This document shows, piece by piece, positions 1 through 9,463 of a stretch of 64,000 bases of DNA. The stretch is from Thermoprotei archaeon. GTDB lineage: Archaea; Thermoproteota; Thermoprotei_A; Marsarchaeales; Marsarchaeaceae. Under the pieces are notes generated by a model. It was given only the letters and a program-made list of their open reading frames with translations. It searched no databases and was not told the DNA's origin. The stretch covers positions 5,261 through 69,260 of the forward strand of contig JAVZLA010000002.1 in the NCBI GenBank assembly GCA_038883995.1, in the 5' to 3' direction. The translations under genes and the position numbers were made by a program. Within the stretch, counting starts at the first letter, position 1, and each line of letters starts with the position of its first letter.

Positions 1-917
1 TGGGAGACGCGGTCCTCGCCTCCTAATTCGAGGGAATACTGGTAAGGACTTCCAGCGAGCGGCGTGCCCATCAGCACAGACCAAGTTTTTACAAGCAGAT
101 AGCTCTCTGAAGGGAAAAGCTTAGAGAAATACTGGACATAGGGTCGCCCAAATGTCAGAAGCCGTTTGGCACCCGCCTGACGCTCTAGAAGCGCTACGGA
201 CGCCCGTAACGCGTCAATACGCTGGTATGCTGCCTCAAGGCAGTGCCATCCTTTAGCGGATGCCTCGACTTTGACATATCCTATCGGATCCCCTTCAAAC
301 ATTATCTTCATCCAGCCTTTTCCATGCACTCTCCAAGGGACACCCATCCTGGAAAACCCTGTGCGGCCATCGAACCACTCTGAATGTACATGTCTGAAAA
401 AATCGGACTCAGAAGAATCGGACTTTACGAGAGTGTATCCGTCAAGTGGTTTTGCGGTGTACAGAGCCGACGGCCTACGCACAGCCCTGTAAAAATGTGC
501 AACATCCTTGTAGCCTATCGACTCGTAAAGTCTGTGCGCTCCCCAAGACATGTTGGTGTACAGAAGCGAGATCTCTGAGCCAGCCTCCTTCTCCTTTCTG
601 TGGGCTTCTGCGAACAGAGCTTTAACAGCTCCTTTCCTCGACTGATCGGGCAAGGATACGACGCCGCCTATTCCAGAGCCCTGAACGTCTCCGCTTGCGG
701 TCCTAAAGGGAAACCGATATACGTCGAGCCTCGCCGTGACAACGCCGTCTACTAATGCTGCCAGGCCCCCGTACTCTGCGCGCGCGGGATAGGCCCAAGG
801 CTTTTGTTTTGTAAGTTTGGTGGCGGGCGTCCAGTCTCCGAATCCGACTCCAAGCAGTGTACTATTCTCAAAGAAATTGTCTTGGTCGAGTTCGTCTAAT
901 GTAACAACCTTTATCAA
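1..917 (-). CDS. GNAT-family N-acetyltransferase (Eis-like architecture), partial; the C-terminus runs off the window
   Basis: My own reverse-strand translation is open from a TTG at 917-915 to position 1. It reads MIKVVTLDELDQDNFFEN...VQGSGIGGVVSLPDQSRKGAVKALFAEA...YESIGYKDV. The Q-x-x-G-x-G acetyl-CoA motif is present. The ORF is absent from the track because it has no stop inside the window. Confidence 0.55.
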   Translation of the reverse strand, partial: MIKVVTLDELDQDNFFENSTLLGVGFGDWTPATKLTKQKPWAYPARAEYGGLAALVDGVVTARLDVYRFPFRTASGDVQGSGIGGVVSLPDQSRKGAVKALFAEAHRKEKEAGSEISLLYTNMSWGAHRLYESIGYKDVAHFYRAVRRPSALYTAKPLDGYTLVKSDSSESDFFRHVHSEWFDGRTGFSRMGVPWRVHGKGWMKIMFEGDPIGYVKVEASAKGWHCLEAAYQRIDALRASVALLERQAGAKRLLTFGRPYVQYFSKLFPSESYLLVKTWSVLMGTPLAGSPYQYSLELGGEDRVS

Positions 918-1089
918 TTGTGGAGAGCAGTCTATGGGCCCAGATATAAGCCAAAGAATAAGGCTGGCTGAGTTCGCTTGCAGCACACCGCGAGTCTGCT
1001 GTGAGGGTCAGTCGAAGCCCAGAAGGCCCAGCGACGATCCTTTGGCCGATGGCGGCGCCAGAAATACCTCTTTGAACTATGGCTTGGCT

Positions 1090-1326
1090 TTAGATGTGTC
1101 CGCCTATCAAAGCGACCACTGCTCCCGCTAAACCCACCCCGCCCCCGACACCGCCCACGATGAAATCAAAAACAAGCGCTATCAGCGTCCACAAAAGGTC
1201 CGGAGCCTTTCGGAAACATACGGCCGACGAAATCACAGCGATCGCGTCAACGATCCATTGTACAGGAGCGAACCGCAAGGGGAACACGTGTGTCAGCGCG
1301 CCGACAACTATCAGCAAAGCACCCAA
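1090..1326 (-). CDS. small hydrophobic membrane protein (hypothetical)
   Basis: 78-aa ORF with two to three hydrophobic segments and a Gly-rich tail (VGGVGGGVGLAGAVVALIGG). The overlapping + strand ORF 1094..1408 looks less protein-like. Confidence 0.35.
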   Translation of the reverse strand: MGALLIVVGALTHVFPLRFAPVQWIVDAIAVISSAVCFRKAPDLLWTLIALVFDFIVGGVGGGVGLAGAVVALIGGHI

Positions 1327-1481
1327 CCCCAGTAGGATTCTTCCAACTTGTATGAGTTTCTGTTCGGGAATAGGTGTCCGCCTGTTAGAGAACAGTCTTC
1401 ACTCGTAAGCTTATAAGAGTTGCCTCTGGCCTCGGCTCTCTTCCTGGCCTCAAAAACAGACGAAATATTTTGTGAATGGAT

Positions 1482-1490
1482 AAGACTTAT
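1482..1490 (+). promoter_or_regulatory. BRE/TATA-like promoter core AAGACTTAT, ending 27 nt before the coxM-like ATG
   Basis: A/T-rich box at the archaeal TATA distance for a leaderless mRNA. The identical 9-mer sits at identical spacing upstream of the second hydroxylase operon (45197..45205, minus strand). It lies inside the palindrome GATAAGACTTATC (1479..1491). Confidence 0.4.
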
Positions 1491-1516
1491 CACTGGTCTC
1501 AGATTCCCTGAACCAT

Positions 1517-2383
1517 ATGTATTCGGCGCCATTTGAATATCTTTCACCAACAAGTCTCGAAGAGGCCTTGAAATTTATGAACGAACACGAAGATGAGTGC
1601 CGCGTTCTTGCAGGTGGTCACAGCCTTATCCCTCTTATGAAGCTTCGTGCAATACGACCCAAATACGTTGTGGACCTGGGACGCATAAAAGGTCTGAGCT
1701 ACATTAAACAGGAAGGAAACATTGTTTCAGTGGGGGCAGCAACCACATACAGGGAGATACAGAACTCTCAGCTGCTGCTCTCTAAACTTCCACTCCTACC
1801 TAGCTGCGTGTCTGTTGTCGGCGATGTGCAGGTAAGAAACTGGGGGACTGTCGGTGGGAGCCTGAGCCATTGTGACCCAGCGGGCGACTTCGGCTCGGCT
1901 GTCATCGCATCTCGAGCTCAAATGGTCGCACGCAGCGTTTCCGGTGAAAGAATCATAGAATCGGACCAGTGGTTTGTTGACAGCTTCCAATCGGCGCTGA
2001 AGCCCAACGAAATCCTTACGGAGATAAGATTCCCACTTCCACATGGAAGATCGTCGGGCGTATACCTTAAGCTTGAACGCAAATCCGGGGACTACGCTAC
2101 TGTGGGTGTTGCGGCGCAGATAGCTGTAGACTCGGACCTCAAGGTTTTGTACGCAGGTATAGGTCTGACAGCCGTGGCACCAACGAACATGCGTGCCCGC
2201 TCCGCCGAACAGAGTCTAAAAGGCGCGAAACTAACCGACGAGAATATTGAGGCAGCGGCCAGGGCAGCCGCCGAAGAATGCAGACCCACGGATGACCCTC
2301 TGAGGGGATCGGCCAGTTACAAGAAGGCGATGGTCCGAGTGTTTGTGCGCCGCGCCCTCAAGGAGGTAGCGGCTCATGTCTGA
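1517..2383 (+). CDS. molybdenum hydroxylase FAD-binding medium subunit (CoxM/CutB/XdhB-like)
   Basis: N-terminus [16 protein letters not shown]...[15 protein letters not shown] is typical of the FAD-binding domain of molybdopterin dehydrogenases. The gene overlaps the downstream 2Fe-2S subunit gene by 8 nt. Confidence 0.85.
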   Translation: MYSAPFEYLSPTSLEEALKFMNEHEDECRVLAGGHSLIPLMKLRAIRPKYVVDLGRIKGLSYIKQEGNIVSVGAATTYREIQNSQLLLSKLPLLPSCVSVVGDVQVRNWGTVGGSLSHCDPAGDFGSAVIASRAQMVARSVSGERIIESDQWFVDSFQSALKPNEILTEIRFPLPHGRSSGVYLKLERKSGDYATVGVAAQIAVDSDLKVLYAGIGLTAVAPTNMRARSAEQSLKGAKLTDENIEAAARAAAEECRPTDDPLRGSASYKKAMVRVFVRRALKEVAAHV

Positions 2384-2897
2384 CGTACAGCAGAACAGTC
2401 AAGGTGTCAGGGGATCCAGGGCTGGAACTAGCCTTGTAACAATAACAATAAACGGGAAAAAGTACACTGGTGAGGTGGAACCGAGGACCCTGTTGGTTCA
2501 CTTCATTAGAGAAGTAGCTGGTCTGACGGGCACGCATATCGGATGCGACACATCGAACTGCGGGGCGTGCACCGTTATAGTTAACGGGAAATCCCTGAAG
2601 TCGTGCACGCGTTTCGCGGTTCAGGAAAACGGCTCTCAAATCCTTACAGTCGAAGGACTCTCCGACGGCGACACACTGCATCCGTTACAGCAGGCTTTCG
2701 CAGACAACCATGCTCTTCAGTGCGGATACTGCACGCCCGGATTTCTAATGCAGTCGTACTTCCTGTTAAAGGAAAAGCCTGACCCAACGGATCAGGAGAT
2801 ACGGGAATGGTTGGCCGGAAACTTGTGCAGGTGCACAGGTTACCAGAACATTGTTAAAGCAGTCGCCGATGCGGCCGTCAGACTTCGAACCAAGTAG
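2376..2897 (+). CDS. molybdenum hydroxylase [2Fe-2S] small subunit (CoxS/CutC/XdhC-iron-sulfur type)
   Basis: Both cluster motifs are present: [11 protein letters not shown]...SC and [10 protein letters not shown]...[15 protein letters not shown]. Confidence 0.9.
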   Translation: MSDVQQNSQGVRGSRAGTSLVTITINGKKYTGEVEPRTLLVHFIREVAGLTGTHIGCDTSNCGACTVIVNGKSLKSCTRFAVQENGSQILTVEGLSDGDTLHPLQQAFADNHALQCGYCTPGFLMQSYFLLKEKPDPTDQEIREWLAGNLCRCTGYQNIVKAVADAAVRLRTK

Positions 2898-3161
2898 CAG
2901 CGAACGGGGAGAAGCTGATTTCCTAGCCTCAAACTCAAGGCTGTACATATATATTGTTTCGGTTTCACTCAAAGAATCATCTGCAATTATTACGTCAAAC
3001 ATTTCATACCAATCGTCGACCGGTTAAAAGAGGATATCGTCTGTCCGAACTGGCTGGGAGATCGCGTAGTCTGAGCTTGCTCCCGAATATGCTTCTTGTC
3101 TCAACTCGGGGTTAACTTCAAAGCGTGCACAGTTCTTCTGCTGGCGCTAAGATGCTACAGG

Positions 3162-4451
3162 TCAAGCCCGTTTGGCGGCGTAAGGGTTGTCTATCCAGTT
3201 CAGGTACTTGGAGCCTTTGACGCTTGACACTAGCGCAGTGGGTATGCTACTCTCTTCTCCTCTGGCTAGCTCATCGCGGATAACCTTGAGTTGAGTTGAG
3301 CGAATGTTGTAGAAATGTGAAAAGCACTCCTTGTTCCATGATTCGAGGACGGTTTGCTCGGGGTGTACTCCTTGCTTGTGCTCACAGCAGGGCAAACTAC
3401 ACGGATACGCGTAGCCGTTACGCTCAAACAGGGAAACGCACGAATCAAACCCCACGAAGCCGAATACGTTTTCACTTCTGCCAGTCCAGAGATAGGGTCT
3501 TCTACCTTTCTGATCCGGGCGAGGCATTCTCTCTGAGAAGGCGTCTACGCCAGAACAGAGGAGAGGCAATCCGACTTCTCCGGCATCCACAAGGAATACT
3601 GCAAGCCTGTTCATCTTGCGCACCGTGTTCAGGGTCTTTATCAGGTCCTTTAGGCCGAACACTTCGTCCGGTGAGAGATGTTCCAGACCTAATATCTTTA
3701 CGAAGAGGACGTGCGGATTCTTCTCACTATCGGCCAGAGCCGACTGGTTCATGAACATGTAATCTTCAAGCGTGACCTTGAACAGGCTGTTTTTAAGAGC
3801 GGATCTGTCCAAAACGAAGTAGTAGGCGCAGCCATAGGGCTTCAGGGGCGACTGCTCGAACGATGAGGTAAACGTGCTGTTGACGTTGAAGGCTAGCTCC
3901 ATCACGGCCGCGCTGGAACCATCTACTACGGGGACCGGAGGCAAAACCAAGTCTACTCCCATAGATGCCTGCGCGAGAGTAATGGCCTCAAGAAACTTCC
4001 AGAACTGTTTGGACTCGCTTAACCTCATTATACCCTCGTTGTATCTTCTACCTCCGAGTGCAAGCACTTCTCTTTCAATCGTTCTATCGAAGCTAACTGT
4101 GGAAAGAGACCTCACTGCACGTATCCAAGACTCCACTCTCCCGTCGCTCTTACTGTAGAGTAGTTCCGGCTCAGGGTCAGCGAACACGTGGCTGGTGAGC
4201 GTTCTAAGAGAATTCCTTTTAACGGATTCCCTAACGTCGGCAAGAGTCTCCAAGCTTGTAAAGACGCCTACAGGCTCAGCTACCAACGGAGAGGCCGACA
4301 TCAGTTCGTTGAACTCAGCTGTGTCTGATACGTGACATATGTATGCAGGAAGATCCATTATGACCTGACCTGCACATGTAAGTCTCCTTAGAGACTGATA
4401 GCTGGTTGAGGAGTGCTCGTCTGAGCCCCTGACAGCCTGGAGTTCAATCAT
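3162..4451 (-). CDS. hypothetical protein with a TGT-superfamily-like C-terminus (divergent tRNA-guanine transglycosylase/DpdA-like TIM barrel?)
   Basis: 429 aa. [24 protein letters not shown] aligns by eye to archaeal TGT [34 protein letters not shown]...[22 protein letters not shown] aligns to FPCSCPVCS...ALHNLWVIKEEIKRVKQAIKEGE, the Zn site plus terminal helix. There is a 4-nt ATGA overlap with the upstream wHTH gene. Confidence 0.4.
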   Translation of the reverse strand: [429 protein letters not shown]

Positions 4452-4975
4452 TTATATTCTCCAGTAATAAACGTCATGTTATAAAATTGTTGCGCCGCCT
4501 GACCTAATTTCCCTAAAATTTCCGCCGCCTCACTGAGCGGGATTGCTATGGCTCCCTGGACCCGCGGAGAACCCGAAGAATCCCTAGAAATCTCCTGTAC
4601 AAGCACATAGTAGCCTGTGAGCGGATTGCTCAACGTTTGAAGCCTATAGGCCCTTCCGCTCTCGGTTGTAAACTCTTGGTCGCTTCCAGGATGATCAACC
4701 TTGTTGTTCGAATAATACACGCCAGTCCTATCCTCATAGTACACTTCTCTTATCGCGGTTAGCCAAGTCAGATGCCGTTTAACGACGTGATCGCTGAGCC
4801 CAGTCTTTTTAACAATATCCGAAATACGTGCCCCGGTTTTCAGTTCAGAAAGCGCCCGTTTAACAAGCTCCGCGTTCGCCCGAGTTTTCCTTCTCCTCGA
4901 AAAACTGTCTACGACCGCTCTCGGTGCGGTTTGGAGGTTTGCTCGGTCACTATCGACCGACCTTTCCGGGGTCAC
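4448..4975 (-). CDS. winged-helix DNA-binding protein (hypothetical), first gene of a two-gene operon
   Basis: ISDIVKKTGLSDHVVKRHLTWLTAIREVYYEDRTGVYY has an HTH-plus-wing pattern. GTG start; translationally coupled to 3162..4451. Confidence 0.5.
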   Translation of the reverse strand: MTPERSVDSDRANLQTAPRAVVDSFSRRRKTRANAELVKRALSELKTGARISDIVKKTGLSDHVVKRHLTWLTAIREVYYEDRTGVYYSNNKVDHPGSDQEFTTESGRAYRLQTLSNPLTGYYVLVQEISRDSSGSPRVQGAIAIPLSEAAEILGKLGQAAQQFYNMTFITGEYK

Positions 4976-5000
4976 CCTATCCAGTGACCGTAAAAAGGTA

Positions 5001-5012
5001 CTAATATTTAAA
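5001..5012 (-). promoter_or_regulatory. TATA box (TTTAAATATTAG on the minus strand) for the 4975..3162 operon
   Basis: A/T-rich box about 26-37 nt upstream of the GTG start at 4975, followed by the palindromic CTTATAAG element. Confidence 0.4.
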
Positions 5013-5247
5013 GCTTCTTATAAGCTTCGGATTTGCTCATATATTCGTAGTTGCCAGACGGCATCTCGAGCCAACCTGGCAGGCGAACCGTGCGGGTAAC
5101 CTGCGAGTTGACCTTCTCGCCAGCGAGCCAGTCGAGATCCGTACGGTGCCCATGCTTCGATTTCACTGAAAACCATCATGAGGAAATCTGGATACCGCCT
5201 GAATTAGCCGCGCACAGCTTATCGGCAGCCGCGCCTAATCCAAGATA

Positions 5248-5586
5248 ATGAACGAGTGCATATTCTGCAAAATAGTTCAAGGTGAAATTCCATCTAAACG
5301 TCTCTTTGAGTCCGCTGACTTCATAGCTGTAAACGACGTCTCACCGGTTGCACCCACACATGTGCTTTTGATATCAAAGCTACACGTTGCAAACATTCTT
5401 GAGGCTGCGGGCCTTCAACGCCGGCTCCCTTTCCTTGAAACAGTGTATTCCGTCGCAAAGCAGCTTAGCTTAGAAAAGCGCGGATTCAGACTTGTTGTTA
5501 ACACCGGAGAACAGGGTGGCCAGACTGTGAACCACTTCCACGCTCACATAATAGCCGGCAGGCAGATGGCCTGGCCGCCTGGCTGA
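5248..5586 (+). CDS. HIT-family (histidine triad) nucleotide hydrolase/transferase
   Basis: CIFCKIV N-terminus and the histidine triad NHFHAHIIAG. Confidence 0.9.
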   Translation: MNECIFCKIVQGEIPSKRLFESADFIAVNDVSPVAPTHVLLISKLHVANILEAAGLQRRLPFLETVYSVAKQLSLEKRGFRLVVNTGEQGGQTVNHFHAHIIAGRQMAWPPG

Positions 5587-5731
5587 CTTCGACAAAAGTG
5601 ACGGAGCCAGAGGCGTAGACTGGCTATCACATGAGGCACTTTCACGTTCCGGAAGATTTTTGTCCAGCTATACGGCGAGAGCAGTAATCGCATAAATCAG
5701 TTATGTTGCTCACGGGTAAAGCCATGTGAGT

Positions 5732-8116
5732 TCAAGGCTCGAAAGAGGATATGAGGCCCTTAGTTTCGCCCACGCCGTCGAAACGAAGTGATTTAACCTT
5801 GATTGCGCCAACTATTTCATCGGTGTAGGGCTCTATTTGCTCCCGGTACCGTGAGTGGATCACAACCATCCCGGCATTCTCGTTCAACGGTAGCTTGTTA
5901 TCGTGTTTTATTCTCCTTATTTCACGCACTGAGTCGGCGATCAGTTGCGCGGTTTGAGCTTCTTCGCTATACTTTTTCAGATTCTTCGGCCAAGCGGAGG
6001 TGTGAACCGAGATATCTTGGCTTACTCCAAGGTTTTGTAGTTCGCCCGTTTCAAAGTATACCTTCCTGTAAATGTAATCGGTTATGTAGGGGACATATGG
6101 TGCAAGCATCTTAACCACGTTCAACAGAACCCAGCTCATCACCCGTCTTGAACTTTGGTCTCCCGCGTATACCCGATTCTTAACGAACTCGAGATAGTCG
6201 TTGGCGAACTCCCAGAAGAATTCTTCAATCTTAACCCTAGCCTTGTAGTAGTCGTACCTTTCAAAAAACTGCGTTGCTGCTTCAGCGGTTTCTGCCAGCC
6301 TGTTCAGTATCCATTTATCAAGAATTGCCTGAGGCTCAGGCTGAGTGGAGCCCAGACAGTTGAGGCTAACGTACCTTGCTACATTCCAAAGTTTATTAAG
6401 GAGCCTTGACCCCGACACAACATCTTTTTCCTGGAAGGAGTTGTCTTCTCCGAGCGTAGAGGAACTCGCCCAGAACCTCAGCGCGTCGGCTCCATACTTT
6501 TCTATGTATGGCTCAGGGTAGATTATGTTCCCTTTGGATTTGTGCATGGGCTGCCCCTTCGGGTCCAAGCCGTGACCTGAAATCATTATGTCTTTCCACG
6601 GTATTGTCCCGGTGTGTAAGTATGATTTCACGATGGTTGTAAATGCCCAAAATGAGATTATGTCGTGCGCCTGAGTCCTAAGGCTCATCGGATAGATTTT
6701 GTTCATATACTTCGAATCAAGCCCCCACCTCCCGTTTATGAGAGGTGTCAGCGAAGAAGTGGCCCAAGTGTCCATGACATCATAGTCCGGAACAAACTTA
6801 GAGGACCCGCACCGACAAGCCTCACTCGGAGCCCGCGAAGTCGGGTCGACCGGAAGCTCTTCGAGTTTAGCGAACACGGGTTCACCGCATTCAACACAGT
6901 ACCAGACCGGGAAATAGACTCCGAAGAACCGCTGGCGCGAAATGTTCCAGTCCCATTGAAGGCCGTTTACCCAGTTGGTGTATCTTACTTTCATGTAGCC
7001 TGGATACCAGTTGATTTTGTCTCCCTGTTCCAGAAACTGCTGTTTGAGGTCCAGGTATCTGATGTACCACTGCTTTCGCACGGTGAACTCTATTTCGGTA
7101 TCACATCGTTCGTGGACGTTAACCGAGTGCTCGATCTCTTCTGTTTTGGCCACCAGACCCGCCTTCGTCAAATCTTCCACAATTTTTTCCCTGGCTTGCT
7201 TGACTCCAAGTTCTCCGTAGACGGGGTGGTTTATTTTGCCGTTTTCAAGGACTATCATTTTCAACGGAAGGTTATAGGCCTTGTACCACTCTATGTCGGT
7301 CTGGTCGCCGAACGTGCAACACATCACTGCGCCAGTACCGTATGAGGGGTCAACCCGCGAGTCGGCTATCACTTTGACTTTATACCCGAACAACGGAACA
7401 TCCACTTCTTTTCCCACTGACCCCGTATAGCGGGAGTCGGAAGGATTAACGAACACAGCCACGCAGGCTGGTAAAAGCTCGGGTCTCGTGGTTGCTATTG
7501 TCAGTGAATCCGAAAATTTCACGTAAACAAGCTTTGTCTTGATCTTCTTATCCTTCAGCTCCATCTGCGACACGGTCGTCTTACATTTGGGGCAGAAGAG
7601 GACCGGTGCCTCACGTCTAACTGCTCTTCCGGCCTTGACGAGCTCCAGAAAGGATGTTTGAGAAATCTTCTGAACTTCGTCGTTAACCGTTTCGTAGAGC
7701 AGAGTCCAGTCAACCGATAACCCTAACCGTGTGAAAAGTCTGACATACGCCTCGTTGTACTTCTTAATCGTTTTTCTAACCGCCTCAACGAACTGACTGC
7801 GGCCCATTTCCTCAGCCGTTTTTCCAAGTTCCTTTTCAACAAGGAGCTCCGTAGGTAACCCGTTATTATCCAAGCCGAATGGATAAAACACCTCGTAGCC
7901 AGCCATCCTCTTGAATCGAGCCATAAATTCCGCCTGCGAATAGGAGAAAACGTGGCCAAGATGCAGCCGGCCGGAAACAGTTGGAGGAGGTGTGTCTATT
8001 GAAAAGACGGGTTTAGACGACTCAGGATGGAACTTGTATGTCTGCTCCTTTTCCCAGAGTGCGGAGATCTCGGGTTCAACTTTTGAAGGGTCGTATCTTT
8101 GGTCCACTTCAGGCAA
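5732..8116 (-). CDS. valS: valine--tRNA ligase (archaeal type)
   Basis: Class I motifs PPPTVSGRLHLGH (HIGH) and MHKSKGN (KMSKS), plus FGLDNNGLPTE. The 794-aa length fits archaeal ValRS rather than LeuRS or IleRS. Confidence 0.85.
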   Translation of the reverse strand: MPEVDQRYDPSKVEPEISALWEKEQTYKFHPESSKPVFSIDTPPPTVSGRLHLGHVFSYSQAEFMARFKRMAGYEVFYPFGLDNNGLPTELLVEKELGKTAEEMGRSQFVEAVRKTIKKYNEAYVRLFTRLGLSVDWTLLYETVNDEVQKISQTSFLELVKAGRAVRREAPVLFCPKCKTTVSQMELKDKKIKTKLVYVKFSDSLTIATTRPELLPACVAVFVNPSDSRYTGSVGKEVDVPLFGYKVKVIADSRVDPSYGTGAVMCCTFGDQTDIEWYKAYNLPLKMIVLENGKINHPVYGELGVKQAREKIVEDLTKAGLVAKTEEIEHSVNVHERCDTEIEFTVRKQWYIRYLDLKQQFLEQGDKINWYPGYMKVRYTNWVNGLQWDWNISRQRFFGVYFPVWYCVECGEPVFAKLEELPVDPTSRAPSEACRCGSSKFVPDYDVMDTWATSSLTPLINGRWGLDSKYMNKIYPMSLRTQAHDIISFWAFTTIVKSYLHTGTIPWKDIMISGHGLDPKGQPMHKSKGNIIYPEPYIEKYGADALRFWASSSTLGEDNSFQEKDVVSGSRLLNKLWNVARYVSLNCLGSTQPEPQAILDKWILNRLAETAEAATQFFERYDYYKARVKIEEFFWEFANDYLEFVKNRVYAGDQSSRRVMSWVLLNVVKMLAPYVPYITDYIYRKVYFETGELQNLGVSQDISVHTSAWPKNLKKYSEEAQTAQLIADSVREIRRIKHDNKLPLNENAGMVVIHSRYREQIEPYTDEIVGAIKVKSLRFDGVGETKGLISSFEP

Positions 8117-8138
8117 GCCAAATCACAGTGGGAGGAAT

Positions 8139-8636
8139 TTAAACAGATGGCTTTCGCCGATGTAAAGTCTCTGCGCTGAGAAGAAACGGAGCCACATGCT
8201 TCCCATATCTTTCTCTTACTCTCTTGTCCGTTCTAAGGAAACTGGTGATCACCTTTCTGCAGTTACGGGAACCGCAAAGGCATTCCATTTCAAACCCGTC
8301 CCACCCCGTGTCAGTTGAATAGTCGAACGTCGCTTCTTCGCCTACATCAATAACCCTACACGACACAATTTTGGTTCTACCTTCTATTACGCAGTTCGGG
8401 TCACAGGAATGGTTGATATACCATCCAACCGAACCAGTGGGGGGAACAATGTATACGTCGTAATCCACTTGGAAACAGTATGGCAAAAGATCTGGAGGTA
8501 TGGATTTCACGTGCTGCTCTTCTCCAATGTAGTCCCAGATTACGGTCCCAGGCGGAATCCTTTCTTCTGCAAACACGCCCATTCCCTTTGGACCAGCTGG
8601 GCCGATTCTGAGCTTAGGATGTTTTCCACCGTCCAA
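8139..8636 (-). CDS. SET-domain protein lysine methyltransferase
   Basis: GMGVFAEERIPPGTVI, the NHSCDPNC motif, ATFDY, and a post-SET-like CLCGSRNCRK. Confidence 0.8.
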   Translation of the reverse strand: MDGGKHPKLRIGPAGPKGMGVFAEERIPPGTVIWDYIGEEQHVKSIPPDLLPYCFQVDYDVYIVPPTGSVGWYINHSCDPNCVIEGRTKIVSCRVIDVGEEATFDYSTDTGWDGFEMECLCGSRNCRKVITSFLRTDKRVRERYGKHVAPFLLSAETLHRRKPSV

Positions 8637-8698
8637 GACTCATCCCCTCAGACTGGACCTTAAAAGACGACCCTGAAAAACCGGCGGCCGACCCCTCA

Positions 8699-9463
8699 TC
8701 AGATTCTGAGACTTACTCCCGAGTTTGACGGAACCGCTTTCAGCACGCTTTGCATAAACTGCCATCTTGACGCGGATCTGACCCATGCTCTGCCTGGCCC
8801 GGTCACTGTTACAAAGAACAGCCCCTCGCCGCCGAACACCATCGTTTTCAGGCCGCCCACCCTTGAAACACCGTACTGCATGTTTGCATCAAAAGCGAGT
8901 AGGTGAGATGACTCTACCTGAATCTGTTGACCAGACTCCAACTGGAGTTCCTGAACGTTCCCCTCACCATGTAGGAATACTGAACCCGTGCCTTCAAATC
9001 TAGCTAGGAAAATTCCTTCGCCACCGAATATTCCAGCAGTAAGTCTACCCATCGACGCAGAATAATTGACGCCTTCTTCACATCCCAAGAACGATGTGCT
9101 TTCACCTAGTATTGCTCCCCCATTGAGGTCAACTTTAACAACTCGTCCAGGAAAGAAGGAGGCAAGCTTGACCTTCCCGGGTCCCTGTAGATCCAACAGA
9201 AAGAACGAGCCACCAGTAACCTCTCTTTTTAGCGCACCCAGCAGTCCCCCTTGCATCTTCGCTTGAATCTGAACCGTAGGATCCTTGAATATCAGATGCC
9301 CACCATCCGCTCTGAACAACTCATTCGAAGCGAGTTCCGCGCTCAGAAACTGCATATCGTATCCATCTATTTCATATTTCGGCATATCAGCCCCAACATC
9401 CAATCCCACATAAGTATTTCCCGTCTGTCCAAGAACGCGTACGTATGTGAATCTGTTTGACAC
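8699..9463 (-). CDS. AIM24/TIGR00266 (DUF124) family protein
   Basis: Repeated GGEGIFLARFEGTGSVFL and GGEGLFFVTVTGPGRAWV strands are characteristic of the AIM24 family. Confidence 0.7.
   Translation of the reverse strand: MSNRFTYVRVLGQTGNTYVGLDVGADMPKYEIDGYDMQFLSAELASNELFRADGGHLIFKDPTVQIQAKMQGGLLGALKREVTGGSFFLLDLQGPGKVKLASFFPGRVVKVDLNGGAILGESTSFLGCEEGVNYSASMGRLTAGIFGGEGIFLARFEGTGSVFLHGEGNVQELQLESGQQIQVESSHLLAFDANMQYGVSRVGGLKTMVFGGEGLFFVTVTGPGRAWVRSASRWQFMQSVLKAVPSNSGVSLRI

Noticed and set aside
6665-7345. 226-aa plus-strand ORF inside valS.
   Set aside because: It is antisense to valS, which has HIGH and KMSKS motifs in the other strand's frame. It has no independent support.
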